A DNA stretch of 64,000 nucleotides, from the NCBI GenBank assembly GCA_036337435.1, contig JAYZEG010000058.1, positions 192,001-256,000 on the forward strand, written 5' to 3'. This document shows, piece by piece, positions 10,214-20,041 of this stretch. Made by a program: the position numbers and the translations under genes. This DNA comes from Myxococcota bacterium. GTDB taxonomy: Bacteria; Myxococcota_A; Bradymonadia; UBA7976; UBA1532. The notes under the pieces are model-generated. The model did not search any database and was not told the origin of the DNA. It saw nothing but the letters and a program-made list of their open reading frames with translations. Each line of letters begins with the position of its first letter. Position 1 is the first letter of the stretch.

Positions 10214-11005
10214 TCAATCTCCGCACTTCTTCTTGGTCTTTTTATGCTTACGCTTTGCTCTTTTTAGATATTTATAGGAAGGATATTCATCGATTAATTC
10301 CTCGATGAACACCAGAGCGGTCTTGCACTTGTTGATTCGTCGAAAGGCGTCATGAGTCAATTCGAGTGCATCATCAACTTTTCGACCTTTCTTATACTTG
10401 GTCAGAATGATGTTGAGATGACGGATCGCCTCTTTCGGATTTTTATTCTGGTACTGACATTTGGCAGCCAGGTAGAGAGCACTGTCTGTCTGTTTGTACT
10501 TAGGAAATTTATTGTAGAGCTGCAAAAACGCCCGAATGGCCTCCTTACAATCCTTCTCTTTTTTACGATCGTAGCCGTATTCGTATAGTTCCTTGGCTGT
10601 CGTCGGCAACTTCACCGTTTCGGGTATGACTGTATCAGCAGGCGCATTTACAGGGCTCTCGGTCTGTGCTTTCAGAGAATCGTGTTTAAGCTTCGAAATC
10701 TCGCCTTTAAGACCTTTGATTTCATCTTTGATGCTTTGAAGTTCACTGTCACTATCCAAGCTGTCGTCCTGAAGACGTGAGATGGCTCGTTTGACTCGTT
10801 CGTCAATCTTATCGAATCGAGATTCTAGGGAACCGAAGCCTTTTTCGAGTTTTTTTCGGAGCTTTCGCTGGTCTTCCACTTGCTGTTCAAGCTGGGCTCT
10901 TACCATCTCAATGTCGGCTGACATCTCTTGGCCGCGCCAGTGGCTGACGCAGCTGGTCGATAAAGTACCGACCAGCGCGATGTAAGTGAGCCTGAGAACC
11001 ATCAT
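10214..11005 (-). CDS. cpoB: CpoB/YbgF-like coiled-coil plus TPR lipoprotein
   Basis: Lipobox (STSC), a coiled coil and C-terminal TPRs. It lies directly downstream of a pal-like gene. Confidence 0.75.
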   Translation of the reverse strand: MMVLRLTYIALVGTLSTSCVSHWRGQEMSADIEMVRAQLEQQVEDQRKLRKKLEKGFGSLESRFDKIDERVKRAISRLQDDSLDSDSELQSIKDEIKGLKGEISKLKHDSLKAQTESPVNAPADTVIPETVKLPTTAKELYEYGYDRKKEKDCKEAIRAFLQLYNKFPKYKQTDSALYLAAKCQYQNKNPKEAIRHLNIILTKYKKGRKVDDALELTHDAFRRINKCKTALVFIEELIDEYPSYKYLKRAKRKHKKTKKKCGD

Positions 11006-11018
11006 CGGTCCTCAATCC

Positions 11019-11789
11019 TTACTTATTTGGAGTGAATTCAGAGCGGCGGTTCTTACGCCATGCGCTCTCGTTACTGCCATCAGCAGCAGGTCGATTCTTG
11101 CCGTAGCTTATCGTTGAGAGTTTATCCTCAGGAGCACCCTTCTTGACCAGGTGCTTCTTGGTTGAGGCTGCACGCTTTTCACCCAAAGCCATGTTGTATT
11201 CCTCAGTGCCGCGCTCATCGCAATGCCCTTCGATGACGATGTTGGCGACATTGTCACCCTGTAGACAGGTTGCAACTGACTCGATCTTCTCTCGCTCAGA
11301 CCGTTTGATGTTGTGACGGTTGTAGTCGAAGTAGACCGGCTCCGCTGTACACTCGACGATCTTGATCTGGCATGCACCGCCAACGCATTCTTTACCCTCT
11401 GGGCATGCAGGGGTCAGAGCCTTATCGCCACACTCGGGTCGGTCCGAGCAGCTGCCGTTATCGCAGTACTTTGTCTCAGAGCACTCGTTATCGCCCATAC
11501 ATTCTGGTCCACAGCGATTGTCGCGGCACTTTTGGTTACCAGGACATGCGGTTTCGCCATCGCAGTAACCAGGTATCTGCTCACAGAGACCGCGGGTACA
11601 GCGCATACCAGGACCCTTACAATGGTCGTTAGTTGCGCACTGGCTACACTTACCGCTGTAGCAGTATTCACCCTTGTCAGAGCAATGGTCGTTGCTCTCA
11701 CACTTGGGATACGTTGGGCCACAGGCGGCGAAAAAAAGTGCTGCTGCAGCGAGGAGAAAATTACTTACCAATAGGCGAGTCGAGCTCAT
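11019..11789 (-). CDS. pal: Pal/OmpA-family lipoprotein with five N-terminal Cys-rich repeats
   Basis: Lipobox FAAC, then VYFDYN, IEGHCDERGTEEYNMALGEKRA, ISYGK and KNRRSEF. Start re-called at ATG 11789. Confidence 0.8.
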   Translation of the reverse strand: MSSTRLLVSNFLLAAAALFFAACGPTYPKCESNDHCSDKGEYCYSGKCSQCATNDHCKGPGMRCTRGLCEQIPGYCDGETACPGNQKCRDNRCGPECMGDNECSETKYCDNGSCSDRPECGDKALTPACPEGKECVGGACQIKIVECTAEPVYFDYNRHNIKRSEREKIESVATCLQGDNVANIVIEGHCDERGTEEYNMALGEKRAASTKKHLVKKGAPEDKLSTISYGKNRPAADGSNESAWRKNRRSEFTPNK

Positions 11790-11897
11790 GTCACTCATCC
11801 AATGAAATATGTTGAAAGTACGTGCATTCAATGCACAACAATGGCTAATGTTGGGGACGCTAGACGAACTCAATGCCGTTGTCAACTGATGCATCTC

Positions 11898-12590
11898 ATG
11901 AACCGTGGCACTTTTACTAAAATCATGCTCGCAATCGCATGCTGCGCATGCAGTTATCAACCGCAGGAGTCTATGCTCACTGTCGTTGACTCATTGCCTA
12001 GAGACCGGTCAACAATCGGGTCTGATGAACCTATAAGCATCATGTTCGACGACTATTTGTCTCTATCTAGCCTATCCACTGACGGGATTGTTCTCTCCTC
12101 GGGCGATCTAAGCGTTGACGTTCAGTTGAGCTATAATCCGGTGGACAAAGCCATCGTCATCAAACCAAAGCGTAACTTGCGGGTCGGTATAGGCTACAGT
12201 TTAACGATTGAGCGAAATAGCATCCTGAGTTGGAGCGGCCAGACGGGAAACGAAGAATATCGACTCAATTTTCGAACAGACGGTCCCATCGGATCCGCGG
12301 CGCAACCGATTTCATATGGGGCTGACATCCAACCTATTTTCGTAAAGCAGTGCGGATGCCATGGATTCGAAGACGATATTCATCCAAATCTCGACCAATG
12401 GCCGTCGCTGGTGGATACACCAAGCTCTCGTCAACCAGAATTTCCCCTCATCAGTCCAGGCCAGCCATTGAGCAGTTATCTGATCCTGCGATTACTGCCA
12501 GATTATCCAACTGTGTTCGGTTCACCGAAAAGCGTCACAAAAGAGGAGGTAAGACGTTTGGTTCGTTGGGTCAGACGACTGGCACCGTAA
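11898..12590 (+). CDS. Lipoprotein with SbsA/Big_5-like Ig domain and a cytochrome-c-like C-terminal domain
   Basis: Lipobox CCAC, an Ig-like segment (ISIMFDD...YSLTI...FRT), then DIQPIFVKQCGCHG...PGQPLSSYLI...VRWV. Confidence 0.6.
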   Translation: MNRGTFTKIMLAIACCACSYQPQESMLTVVDSLPRDRSTIGSDEPISIMFDDYLSLSSLSTDGIVLSSGDLSVDVQLSYNPVDKAIVIKPKRNLRVGIGYSLTIERNSILSWSGQTGNEEYRLNFRTDGPIGSAAQPISYGADIQPIFVKQCGCHGFEDDIHPNLDQWPSLVDTPSSRQPEFPLISPGQPLSSYLILRLLPDYPTVFGSPKSVTKEEVRRLVRWVRRLAP

Positions 12591-12594
12591 CGGC

Positions 12595-13416
12595 CTATTT
12601 GATGTCCTTGAGGAGCTTCTCGACCATGGCAGCAATTTTCTCAGGCGTCATTTCATCTGTGTACATACGCCCATTGATGTAGAGGGCTGGGGTTCCTTGT
12701 ATTTGGGCAGCAATTGCCTCTTTTTTATCCCGATCGAGTTGGTCCTTGACCGCGACGCCAACCATGTCGGCATTGAATCGTTTCAAGTCGAGACCCAATT
12801 GTTTGGCAAAGGCACTGAAGCTTTCGTTTGAAAGACGAGTCTGATTATCGAAGATGAGGTCGTGCATCTCCCAAAACTTACCTTGTCGCTGAGCAGCAAG
12901 GGCTGCTTTTGATGCACGTTCGGAATAGGTGTGGTGGGGCAATGGAAATTGCTTGAAGACCAATGCAACGTCGTTGGGATATTTTTTGGATACCGCCCCT
13001 AAAACGGCTCTCATGGCTGAGCAATGTGGGCATTCAAAATCAGCGAACTCAACGATAGTGATTCGCGGTTTCTCAGCCCCTTTTGTGGGGGAACTCGAGA
13101 CATCAAAGGTGTAACGAACGTGGTCATCGATATACTTCCGAATGACCGCCTCTCCAACTTGGCTCACACTCAAGCCTTCTTTAAATTTATCGACGCCATA
13201 TTGGGCCAGCTCAGTTGCAGCAGGACACGACTTTTGCTGGACACACGTGAGAATCGTCTGTTTGGGATCGCACGGGCAGACGCCTTGTCCCAGCAAACCA
13301 ACCAACGCCTGCATGTTGTCACCGGCAACGCCGCTTGAATTAACACCGGGAAGCGGATTGAGTGCGGGTGAACTCAAAATGAGTGCTAGAACACCGAAGC
13401 TGTAAGCTGGTAACAT
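12595..13416 (-). CDS. DsbA-family thioredoxin-fold protein with an N-terminal Cys-containing domain
   Basis: IVEFADFECPHC, FPLPHH, QGKFWEMHDLIF and GTPALYINGR. Start re-called at ATG 13416. Confidence 0.88.
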   Translation of the reverse strand: MLPAYSFGVLALILSSPALNPLPGVNSSGVAGDNMQALVGLLGQGVCPCDPKQTILTCVQQKSCPAATELAQYGVDKFKEGLSVSQVGEAVIRKYIDDHVRYTFDVSSSPTKGAEKPRITIVEFADFECPHCSAMRAVLGAVSKKYPNDVALVFKQFPLPHHTYSERASKAALAAQRQGKFWEMHDLIFDNQTRLSNESFSAFAKQLGLDLKRFNADMVGVAVKDQLDRDKKEAIAAQIQGTPALYINGRMYTDEMTPEKIAAMVEKLLKDIK

Positions 13417-13417
13417 A

Positions 13418-14041
13418 GTGGACCTCTTGTCGCAGGCAGATTTGGGTTGTGACCGTATTAAGACCACCCAAGCTTTGTCAACCGCGGTGTCGACGAACCG
13501 CAGTCGGTTGTTGCCGGATGAAACAAGAAAGCGAGCGTGGATTATTTCTGACAAGACCGAAATTTTTTGGATTGGCTTGGGCGGTAATAGCGGGGACGTA
13601 AAAAAGTGCTTTGATCAGGTCATCCAGCGAATCACCTCGGAGCTCAATGTCGTATTGAATCAGAGCCGGTTGTATAAGACGAAACCATGGGGGCCTGTTC
13701 CTCAGCAGGATTTCTTGAACCAAGTGGTCGAAATTCACACTGCCATGCCACCCCTCGCCTTACTCGATTATCTTCAAACTTTAGAAGGTCAGTTTGGGCG
13801 AGTCAGATCACAAGAGATCCGTTGGGGACCGCGAACGATCGACCTCGACATCTTGTCTTGGACAGGGCCTTCCTTGGCGATGAATAGACTGACCGTTCCA
13901 CATCCCTTGTTATCCGACCGTCAGTTTGTGCTAAAACCCTTCGCAGACCTGGCACCTGACCATAGGCCGCCCGGTTTGCAAAAAAGCATTAAGGACCTGC
14001 TCAAGATATGCCCCGATTCCACGAATGCCGATTTATTCTAG
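13418..14041 (+). CDS. folK: 2-amino-4-hydroxy-6-hydroxymethyldihydropteridine diphosphokinase
   Basis: IGLGGN, QQDFLNQV, RWGPRTIDLDIL, VPHP and RQFVLKP. The true start is probably 90-125 nt downstream of the ORF start. Confidence 0.93.
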   Translation: MDLLSQADLGCDRIKTTQALSTAVSTNRSRLLPDETRKRAWIISDKTEIFWIGLGGNSGDVKKCFDQVIQRITSELNVVLNQSRLYKTKPWGPVPQQDFLNQVVEIHTAMPPLALLDYLQTLEGQFGRVRSQEIRWGPRTIDLDILSWTGPSLAMNRLTVPHPLLSDRQFVLKPFADLAPDHRPPGLQKSIKDLLKICPDSTNADLF

Positions 14042-14679
14042 CCGTTGGCTTGATGGGCCTACTCGGATTTGACTCAGCGCACGCTCAGCCAAAGTTGCGA
14101 GATCAGCTTGGGCCTGAACGACCCATGCCTCCAGCTGGCGAACGCCATGCTTTCCAGGTTAACCAGACAGCGGCGACACAAATTAATCAAGATAACCTGC
14201 TCAAGAACCCAGCCAATTTGGTTCGGTTCTTCCGGGAAAACCCAACCCGGCTGTCGGTGGATTCAATGAATCCAGCCCTGGCACTGACGATCTCCCGAAT
14301 TTTGGTTGAGGGCGGCGCACTCTTTATTTCAGAAAAGCTCTTGGACATGTCGATACAGAAATGGACGATGAGAAATGATTTAAAACGCGAACACGGCCGA
14401 CTTTTGGTGCAACTGGGCCGACCAAACGCAGCGGTTCTCAAGTTGAGAAAACTCGTCGAGGATGAGCCGAACAATGCAGCCAATCATTTCATTTATGCGT
14501 TCGCCCTCGTTCGGCTAAAACCGGAAACTGACGCACGGAAAAACGAGGCTATCAAACATTTCGAAAAAGTGCTCTTTCTCGACCCCAACTACCGGGACTC
14601 CAGTGGCTGGTCTGCGAGTAATATCCGCAATCAACTCAATCGGATGAAGGGGAGCGACCCGACGGGTTTAGTGCCTTGA
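14008..14679 (+). CDS. Secreted TPR-containing protein
   Basis: Signal peptide (SAHA-Q) and TPR-like helices (AIKHFEKVLFLDPNY). Confidence 0.7.
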   Translation: MPRFHECRFILAVGLMGLLGFDSAHAQPKLRDQLGPERPMPPAGERHAFQVNQTAATQINQDNLLKNPANLVRFFRENPTRLSVDSMNPALALTISRILVEGGALFISEKLLDMSIQKWTMRNDLKREHGRLLVQLGRPNAAVLKLRKLVEDEPNNAANHFIYAFALVRLKPETDARKNEAIKHFEKVLFLDPNYRDSSGWSASNIRNQLNRMKGSDPTGLVP

Positions 14680-15919
14680 GGCGTTCAATGAATTGCTGTT
14701 CTTGGCCAACGCCAGATGGCTGAAATAAATGCCGTCCTTCCAATTGTTTGGGTAATGCATCCCGGGTATCGGCTTGCTCATCGAGTCGGTCGGTTTGTGG
14801 TCTCTGTGTAGATTGACGAAGCCAACTTGGAACAGGGGCTGAACCGGCGTCTTTAACCGCTTCGCGGCTCGCCAACAATGTCTTTTTGATGGTGTCGCTC
14901 TTTGGCGCCGTTGCAAGATAGGTAACAGCCTGCATTAAAGCATAGTTTCCCTCCGGCATACCGACAAAGCGAAACGCATCTAAGGCTGCCGTGGCCACCT
15001 GCAATGCATTTGAATCTGCATGCCCAATATCTTCGCTGGCGAAGATAATGAGACGTCTGAACAAAAACAGGGGGTCTTCTCCAGACATGACCAACCGTTG
15101 AGCCCAATACGCCGCAGCATCTGGTTCACTGGCCCTCATCGATTTGATCAAGGCGCTGATCACGTCATAGTGCGAATCTCCATCTCGGTCATGATCGAAA
15201 ACCGGTTTGCCGATAACTTCGCTAAGGAGGGCTGAATCCATAGCGCGACCATCATTGAGTGCTATCTCCAAAACATTCAGTGCCCGTCTCGCGTCGCCCT
15301 CGGACCTCTGTGCGATGAGCTTGATTACATCCTCGTCGAGATTGAGGCCTGGCCAACGCTTTACACATTCCGAATGGTGCAAGGCACGATGGAGAATAGC
15401 CACGATAGAATCAAGGTCATGACGCCCTAACGGGACAACTCGACATCGACTCAAAACAGCTGAATTTACGTAGAAACTTGGATTTTCAGTGGTGGCACCA
15501 ATGAGAATAAAAGTGCCGGTCTCAATATGCGGCAGTAGAGCGTCCTGCTGAGCTTTATTGAAACGATGAATTTCGTCGATGAAGAGGATGGTCTGACGGC
15601 CACTGTATCGTCGTTCTTCATGAGCGCGTTCAACGTGTTTCCTGATTTCCTTCACTCCATCTAAGACGGCAGAAATAGATTCGAATCTCCGCTTCGTTTG
15701 CTCGGCAATAATCCCAGCAAGGGTGGTTTTGCCCACACCAGGTGGACCCCAAAATAGAACACTCGTGACGCGATCTGACTCGATCATCCTGCGAAGAACA
15801 GACCCTGGGCCGGACACGTCGGACTGACCAAAAAATTCATCCAAGGTCCGAGGGCGAACCACGTCTGCGAGTGGTTTGGCATGGCCATGTTGATCGACAG
15901 CGTAATCAAAGAGATCCAT
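14636..15919 (-). CDS. rarA: Replication-associated recombination protein A (MgsA family AAA+)
   Basis: PLADVVRP, WGPPGVGKTT, DEIHRFNKAQQD, GATTENP, ISALIKSMRAS and SEDIG. Confidence 0.93.
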   Translation of the reverse strand: MDLFDYAVDQHGHAKPLADVVRPRTLDEFFGQSDVSGPGSVLRRMIESDRVTSVLFWGPPGVGKTTLAGIIAEQTKRRFESISAVLDGVKEIRKHVERAHEERRYSGRQTILFIDEIHRFNKAQQDALLPHIETGTFILIGATTENPSFYVNSAVLSRCRVVPLGRHDLDSIVAILHRALHHSECVKRWPGLNLDEDVIKLIAQRSEGDARRALNVLEIALNDGRAMDSALLSEVIGKPVFDHDRDGDSHYDVISALIKSMRASEPDAAAYWAQRLVMSGEDPLFLFRRLIIFASEDIGHADSNALQVATAALDAFRFVGMPEGNYALMQAVTYLATAPKSDTIKKTLLASREAVKDAGSAPVPSWLRQSTQRPQTDRLDEQADTRDALPKQLEGRHLFQPSGVGQEQQFIERLKALNPSGRSPSSD

Positions 15920-17213
15920 CGTGTTCCTCATCAGGGTTTAAAAAACCCGTAATGGCATGCTGATAAATCACTTTAATGGGAATACCAGAGGCGTTTGCAA
16001 TATTGCGGCAATCGTCAAATTCGGGTGCAACGTTACACATAATGCCGTCTCGATAGGCAACTTTGACCCGAACCTCACCCCAAGGGGTTTCAACAGTTTC
16101 AAGCGCTCTATCTAAGCAACGTCTGTCGATGGAAGAATACCGTAATCCAATGGCCGAGGATTGAGCAAAAATCGTATTTTCAATGGCCCTTCGATGTCTT
16201 GACTCAATCAAGACGCTCACCTTGGTTCCGGGACGATTCTTTTTCATTTGAATCGGCGTAAACCAAACATCGAGAGCACCCTGATTGAACAGTTCATCCA
16301 TGAGGTGACCTAATAGTTCGGGGGTCATATCATCAACATTGGTCTCCAACAGAACGGACGGCTGCGGCAGCTCCTCTGTTTCCCCTAAGACAAGACGGAG
16401 AGCATTGGGCCTGTCCGGGAATTCCGCATCTCCAAATCCCCAGCCCACTTTTGAGACGCGCATGGTCGGAAAAGGACCCACGCGAGTACCCCAAGCCTTA
16501 ATGAAGGCAGCCCCGGTGGGCGTGACCAATTCTCGTTCAAGTCCGGCATCGACGACTTGCAGACCTTGCGTAATGAGTAAGGTTGCCGGTGCGGGCAATG
16601 GAATTCGACCATGAGCGCATTTAATAAATCCCCGCCCCAGGGGCAGGGGGGCTGACTCAATTCTATCAATTTTTAGAGCCCACATGCACCAAGCAACCCC
16701 CACAATGTCGACAATGCTATCCACCGCACCAACCTCATGGAAATGAACGTCCTCCACCGGGACACCATGGACTTCGGCTTCCGCCTTAGCGACCACCTCA
16801 AATGCGCCGATGGCCATTTTTTTGACGGATTCCGGAAGACGTGATTTAGCGATAATATCGACAATATCCCTGTAATGACGGTGATTTTCATGGGTGTGAT
16901 CAGTCGGATTATGTCCGGGCGATTCGTCGTGATGAGCGGACCCATGACCATGTCCGTGATCGCTGAAATGTTGACCAGACTCGAGACTGCCCGCCGGTCC
17001 CTCCTTCTGGTCCCCAACCCAAATTTCTACATTTATTCCCCTCAGCCCTTGACGTCTGTCGACCCTCGCTGAAAGGGACCAATCCGGTAAATCTAAGCTT
17101 TTCAGAGCCTCAACCAACTGTTCTTTATCGACGCCTAAATCAATCAATGCGCCGAGCGTCATGTCGCCCGCAATCCCACTAAAGCAGTCAAAGTAAAGAA
17201 TGCGTTCAGTCAT
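15906..17213 (-). CDS. larC: Nickel-pincer cofactor nickel insertase
   Basis: YFDCFSGIAGDM, a His-rich loop, HFHEVGAVDSIVD, ELVTPTGAA, ETNVDD, MKKNRPG and PEFDDC. Confidence 0.95.
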   Translation of the reverse strand: MTERILYFDCFSGIAGDMTLGALIDLGVDKEQLVEALKSLDLPDWSLSARVDRRQGLRGINVEIWVGDQKEGPAGSLESGQHFSDHGHGHGSAHHDESPGHNPTDHTHENHRHYRDIVDIIAKSRLPESVKKMAIGAFEVVAKAEAEVHGVPVEDVHFHEVGAVDSIVDIVGVAWCMWALKIDRIESAPLPLGRGFIKCAHGRIPLPAPATLLITQGLQVVDAGLERELVTPTGAAFIKAWGTRVGPFPTMRVSKVGWGFGDAEFPDRPNALRLVLGETEELPQPSVLLETNVDDMTPELLGHLMDELFNQGALDVWFTPIQMKKNRPGTKVSVLIESRHRRAIENTIFAQSSAIGLRYSSIDRRCLDRALETVETPWGEVRVKVAYRDGIMCNVAPEFDDCRNIANASGIPIKVIYQHAITGFLNPDEEHDGSL

Positions 17214-17961
17214 CGGATGGTCTCCGATTAATCGACGACGCTGCGTAGCCAGCACCAAAACCATTGTCAATGTTGACTACGGTTACACCGGCTGCACAGC
17301 TATTTAACATGCCGAGTAAAGCGGTCATGCCATTGAAATTAGCGCCGTAACCAATACTTGTTGGAACAGCAATCACCGGCCTTGACACAAGGCCGGCGAC
17401 AACGCTCGGAAGGGCTCCTTCCATCCCCGCACAGACGATGATGACGTTGGCAGAACGAATCAGATCTAAGTGATTCAAAAGTCGATGAAGTCCAGCGACT
17501 CCAACATCCGTTAAACACGTGACCTGATTCCCATCAAGTCGCGCCGTAATCATGGCCTCGAGCGCAACGGGCAAGTCGCTGGTACCGGCAGAAATCACGA
17601 GGATCTGGCCAACACCACGATCATCAACATCCGCCTCCGTATATAAACAGCGAGCCAGTTCATCATAAATGAGTGGGACATGAACACACTGGCTGATGAT
17701 GATTTTTGCGGTGTCTGGTTCGACTCGCGTAGCCAAGCATGTTTGACCATTGCGCCACAAACTCTCAATGATTTGTCTAACCTGGTCTGCGGATTTCCCA
17801 GGTCCAAATATGACCTCGGGGGTACCACGACGCCGAACGCGTTCGAGATCAACTCGAGCAAAACCCAAGTCGTCTTCTGATGACTTGTTCAACAACCCAA
17901 ATGCGGTGTCCACGTCCAGTTGGCCCGACTGAAGTTTTTCTAAGATAGATTTAAGGTCCAT
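17206..17961 (-). CDS. larB: Nickel-pincer cofactor biosynthesis carboxylase/hydrolase
   Basis: AGTSDLPVALEA, DVGVAGLHRL, AGMEGALPSVV, PTSIGYG and VVNIDNGFGA. Confidence 0.95.
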   Translation of the reverse strand: MDLKSILEKLQSGQLDVDTAFGLLNKSSEDDLGFARVDLERVRRRGTPEVIFGPGKSADQVRQIIESLWRNGQTCLATRVEPDTAKIIISQCVHVPLIYDELARCLYTEADVDDRGVGQILVISAGTSDLPVALEAMITARLDGNQVTCLTDVGVAGLHRLLNHLDLIRSANVIIVCAGMEGALPSVVAGLVSRPVIAVPTSIGYGANFNGMTALLGMLNSCAAGVTVVNIDNGFGAGYAASSINRRPSDD

Positions 17962-18188
17962 ATTCTTCCTGACATAGAATGCACTCGGCGGTGCTGTATG
18001 CCAATCTGCCTTTTCATTGAGCGCAAAACCGAGCGTTTAAATAGCAAGTCAGATTGATTCTCGTGCACCCTTTGTTCCCATAAATGTCTATCACTGATCA
18101 ATCCTCCTGATGACCGAGTGTAAAACTATTTGACTCTCTCTCTGGTTGGTTTTTTTAACGTGTCACCCATGAGAGTGAAACGAACATC

Positions 18189-18217
18189 TTGACAAGATTC
18201 AAAAAACTACTTAGGTT
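18189..18217 (+). promoter_or_regulatory. Putative sigma70-type promoter of rho
   Basis: TTGACA (18189-94), a 17-nt spacer and TAGGTT (18212-17), about 160 nt upstream of the rho ATG. Confidence 0.5.
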
Positions 18218-18379
18218 GCCGCCGCTTTCGGGTATTTTACCTGAATTCTCTCCGGCAAATTTCGAGGACAAAGACCACCTTTCTCACATCGACCGAGTGA
18301 ACCCATTTTAGGCGCATTCAGTGAGGTACCTGCCGGACAGCACAATCGTGCTGAGTGAGAGGGTGATAGAAGGGAAATT

Positions 18380-19627
18380 ATGAATCTTCGAGAGCTTAAA
18401 CAGCTTAAAATCGCAGAGCTGGCCGCAATGGCCCGCGACATGGAGATAGAAAACGCATCTGTTTTGAGAAAGCAGGAATTGATATTTGCGCTTCTCAACG
18501 AGCAGACCAAGAAAAACGAACCCATTTTTGGCGAGGGTGTCTTAGAAATCTTGCCGGATGGATTTGGGTTTCTTCGCGCTCCGGATTACAACTATCTGCC
18601 AGGACCTGATGATATTTACGTATCACCGTCACAGATTCGCCGATTTGGTCTCCGAACAGGCGATACCGTAAGCGGACAAATCAGACCGCCGAAGGAAAGC
18701 GAACGCTACTTCGCGCTGCTGAAAGTTGAAACCATCAACTTCGAAGAGCCTGAAGCATCGAAACGAAAAATCTTGTTCGACAACCTGACGCCTCTCTACC
18801 CGGACGAGCGTCTGGTCATGGAATATCATCCTAAAAATTACAGCACGAGAATTGTCGACCTTCTCGTGCCAATTGGCAAAGGCCAGCGCGCTTTGATCGT
18901 TTCACCGCCGCGCGCAGGTAAAACGGTCCTCATGCAGAATTTGGCCAATGCCATTGTCGCCAACAATCCAGACATCGTGCTCTTGGTCTTACTCATCGAC
19001 GAAAGACCAGAAGAAGTCACTGACATGGAACGAATGGTCCAAGGAGAGGTCGTCAGCTCCACATTTGATGAGCCCGCACAACGACACGTTCAAGTGGCGG
19101 AGATGGTCATCGAAAAAGCAAAACGGCTCGTGGAACACAAAAAAGATGTTGTGATCCTTCTTGACTCGATCACTCGCTTGGCGAGGGCGTACAATACGGT
19201 CGTGCCTCCATCGGGCAAAATTCTGTCAGGTGGTGTTGATTCGAATGCGCTTCACAAGCCAAAGCGTTTCTTCGGTGCAGCCCGCAATATTGAAGAGGGC
19301 GGCAGCTTGACAATTATTGCGACCGCGCTGATCGACACCGGAAGCCGAATGGACGAAGTGATTTTCGAAGAGTTCAAGGGCACGGGTAATAGCGAATTGC
19401 ATCTCGACCGAAAGCTCATGGAGAAACGTATTTTCCCTTGTCTCGACATCAACAAGTCAGGGACCCGGAAAGAAGAGTTGCTGATGAACGAAGCTGATCT
19501 CAATCGAGTTTGGATTCTTCGACAGCTGCTTCACCCACTCAATGTGGTCGATTCCATGGAGTTTATGTTGGACAAAGTCAGTAAGACTGAGAGCAACGGC
19601 GAATTCCTGGAATCTATGTCTGGTTAA
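18380..19627 (+). CDS. rho: Transcription termination factor Rho
   Basis: [48 protein letters not shown] and EEFKGTGN. Confidence 0.98.
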   Translation: MNLRELKQLKIAELAAMARDMEIENASVLRKQELIFALLNEQTKKNEPIFGEGVLEILPDGFGFLRAPDYNYLPGPDDIYVSPSQIRRFGLRTGDTVSGQIRPPKESERYFALLKVETINFEEPEASKRKILFDNLTPLYPDERLVMEYHPKNYSTRIVDLLVPIGKGQRALIVSPPRAGKTVLMQNLANAIVANNPDIVLLVLLIDERPEEVTDMERMVQGEVVSSTFDEPAQRHVQVAEMVIEKAKRLVEHKKDVVILLDSITRLARAYNTVVPPSGKILSGGVDSNALHKPKRFFGAARNIEEGGSLTIIATALIDTGSRMDEVIFEEFKGTGNSELHLDRKLMEKRIFPCLDINKSGTRKEELLMNEADLNRVWILRQLLHPLNVVDSMEFMLDKVSKTESNGEFLESMSG

Positions 19628-19657
19628 GTACCGATTTCACAAAAGAAAATGATCATC

Positions 19658-19686
19658 TTGATCCGCGAGCCAGTGATCATTATGAT
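19658..19686 (+). promoter_or_regulatory. Putative sigma70-type promoter of rpmE-prfA
   Basis: TTGATC, a 17-nt spacer and TATGAT. Confidence 0.5.
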
Positions 19687-19764
19687 GCGCGGCTCAAATG
19701 ATCGTTATGAAAACCACACGTCTCGGTGCTGTAACTCGGCACTGTCACTGTGGGAGGATTGAAA

Positions 19765-20028
19765 ATGAAAGCTGAAATTCATCCAACACTTTATCCTGTT
19801 GTCTTTGTTGATGGAGAACATGAGATCGTAACCCGGTCGACTAAGAAGTCGTCTGAGACACGAGAGATCAATGGCGTGGAGCACTACGTGATTCCGGTCG
19901 ATATCAGTGCGTTCACACATCCATTCTTCACGGGTAAACAACGCATTGTTGACACTGAAGGTCGCGTTGAACGATTCCGACGCCGTTTCGGGTCACGCGG
20001 TGGCAGCAACTCAAACACTGCTGAATAA
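19765..20028 (+). CDS. rpmE: 50S ribosomal protein L31, type B (no Zn-binding Cys)
   Basis: MKAEIHP...[39 protein letters not shown] precedes ATG 19765. Confidence 0.93.
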   Translation: MKAEIHPTLYPVVFVDGEHEIVTRSTKKSSETREINGVEHYVIPVDISAFTHPFFTGKQRIVDTEGRVERFRRRFGSRGGSNSNTAE

Positions 20029-20041
20029 GCAGGTTAGCTGA

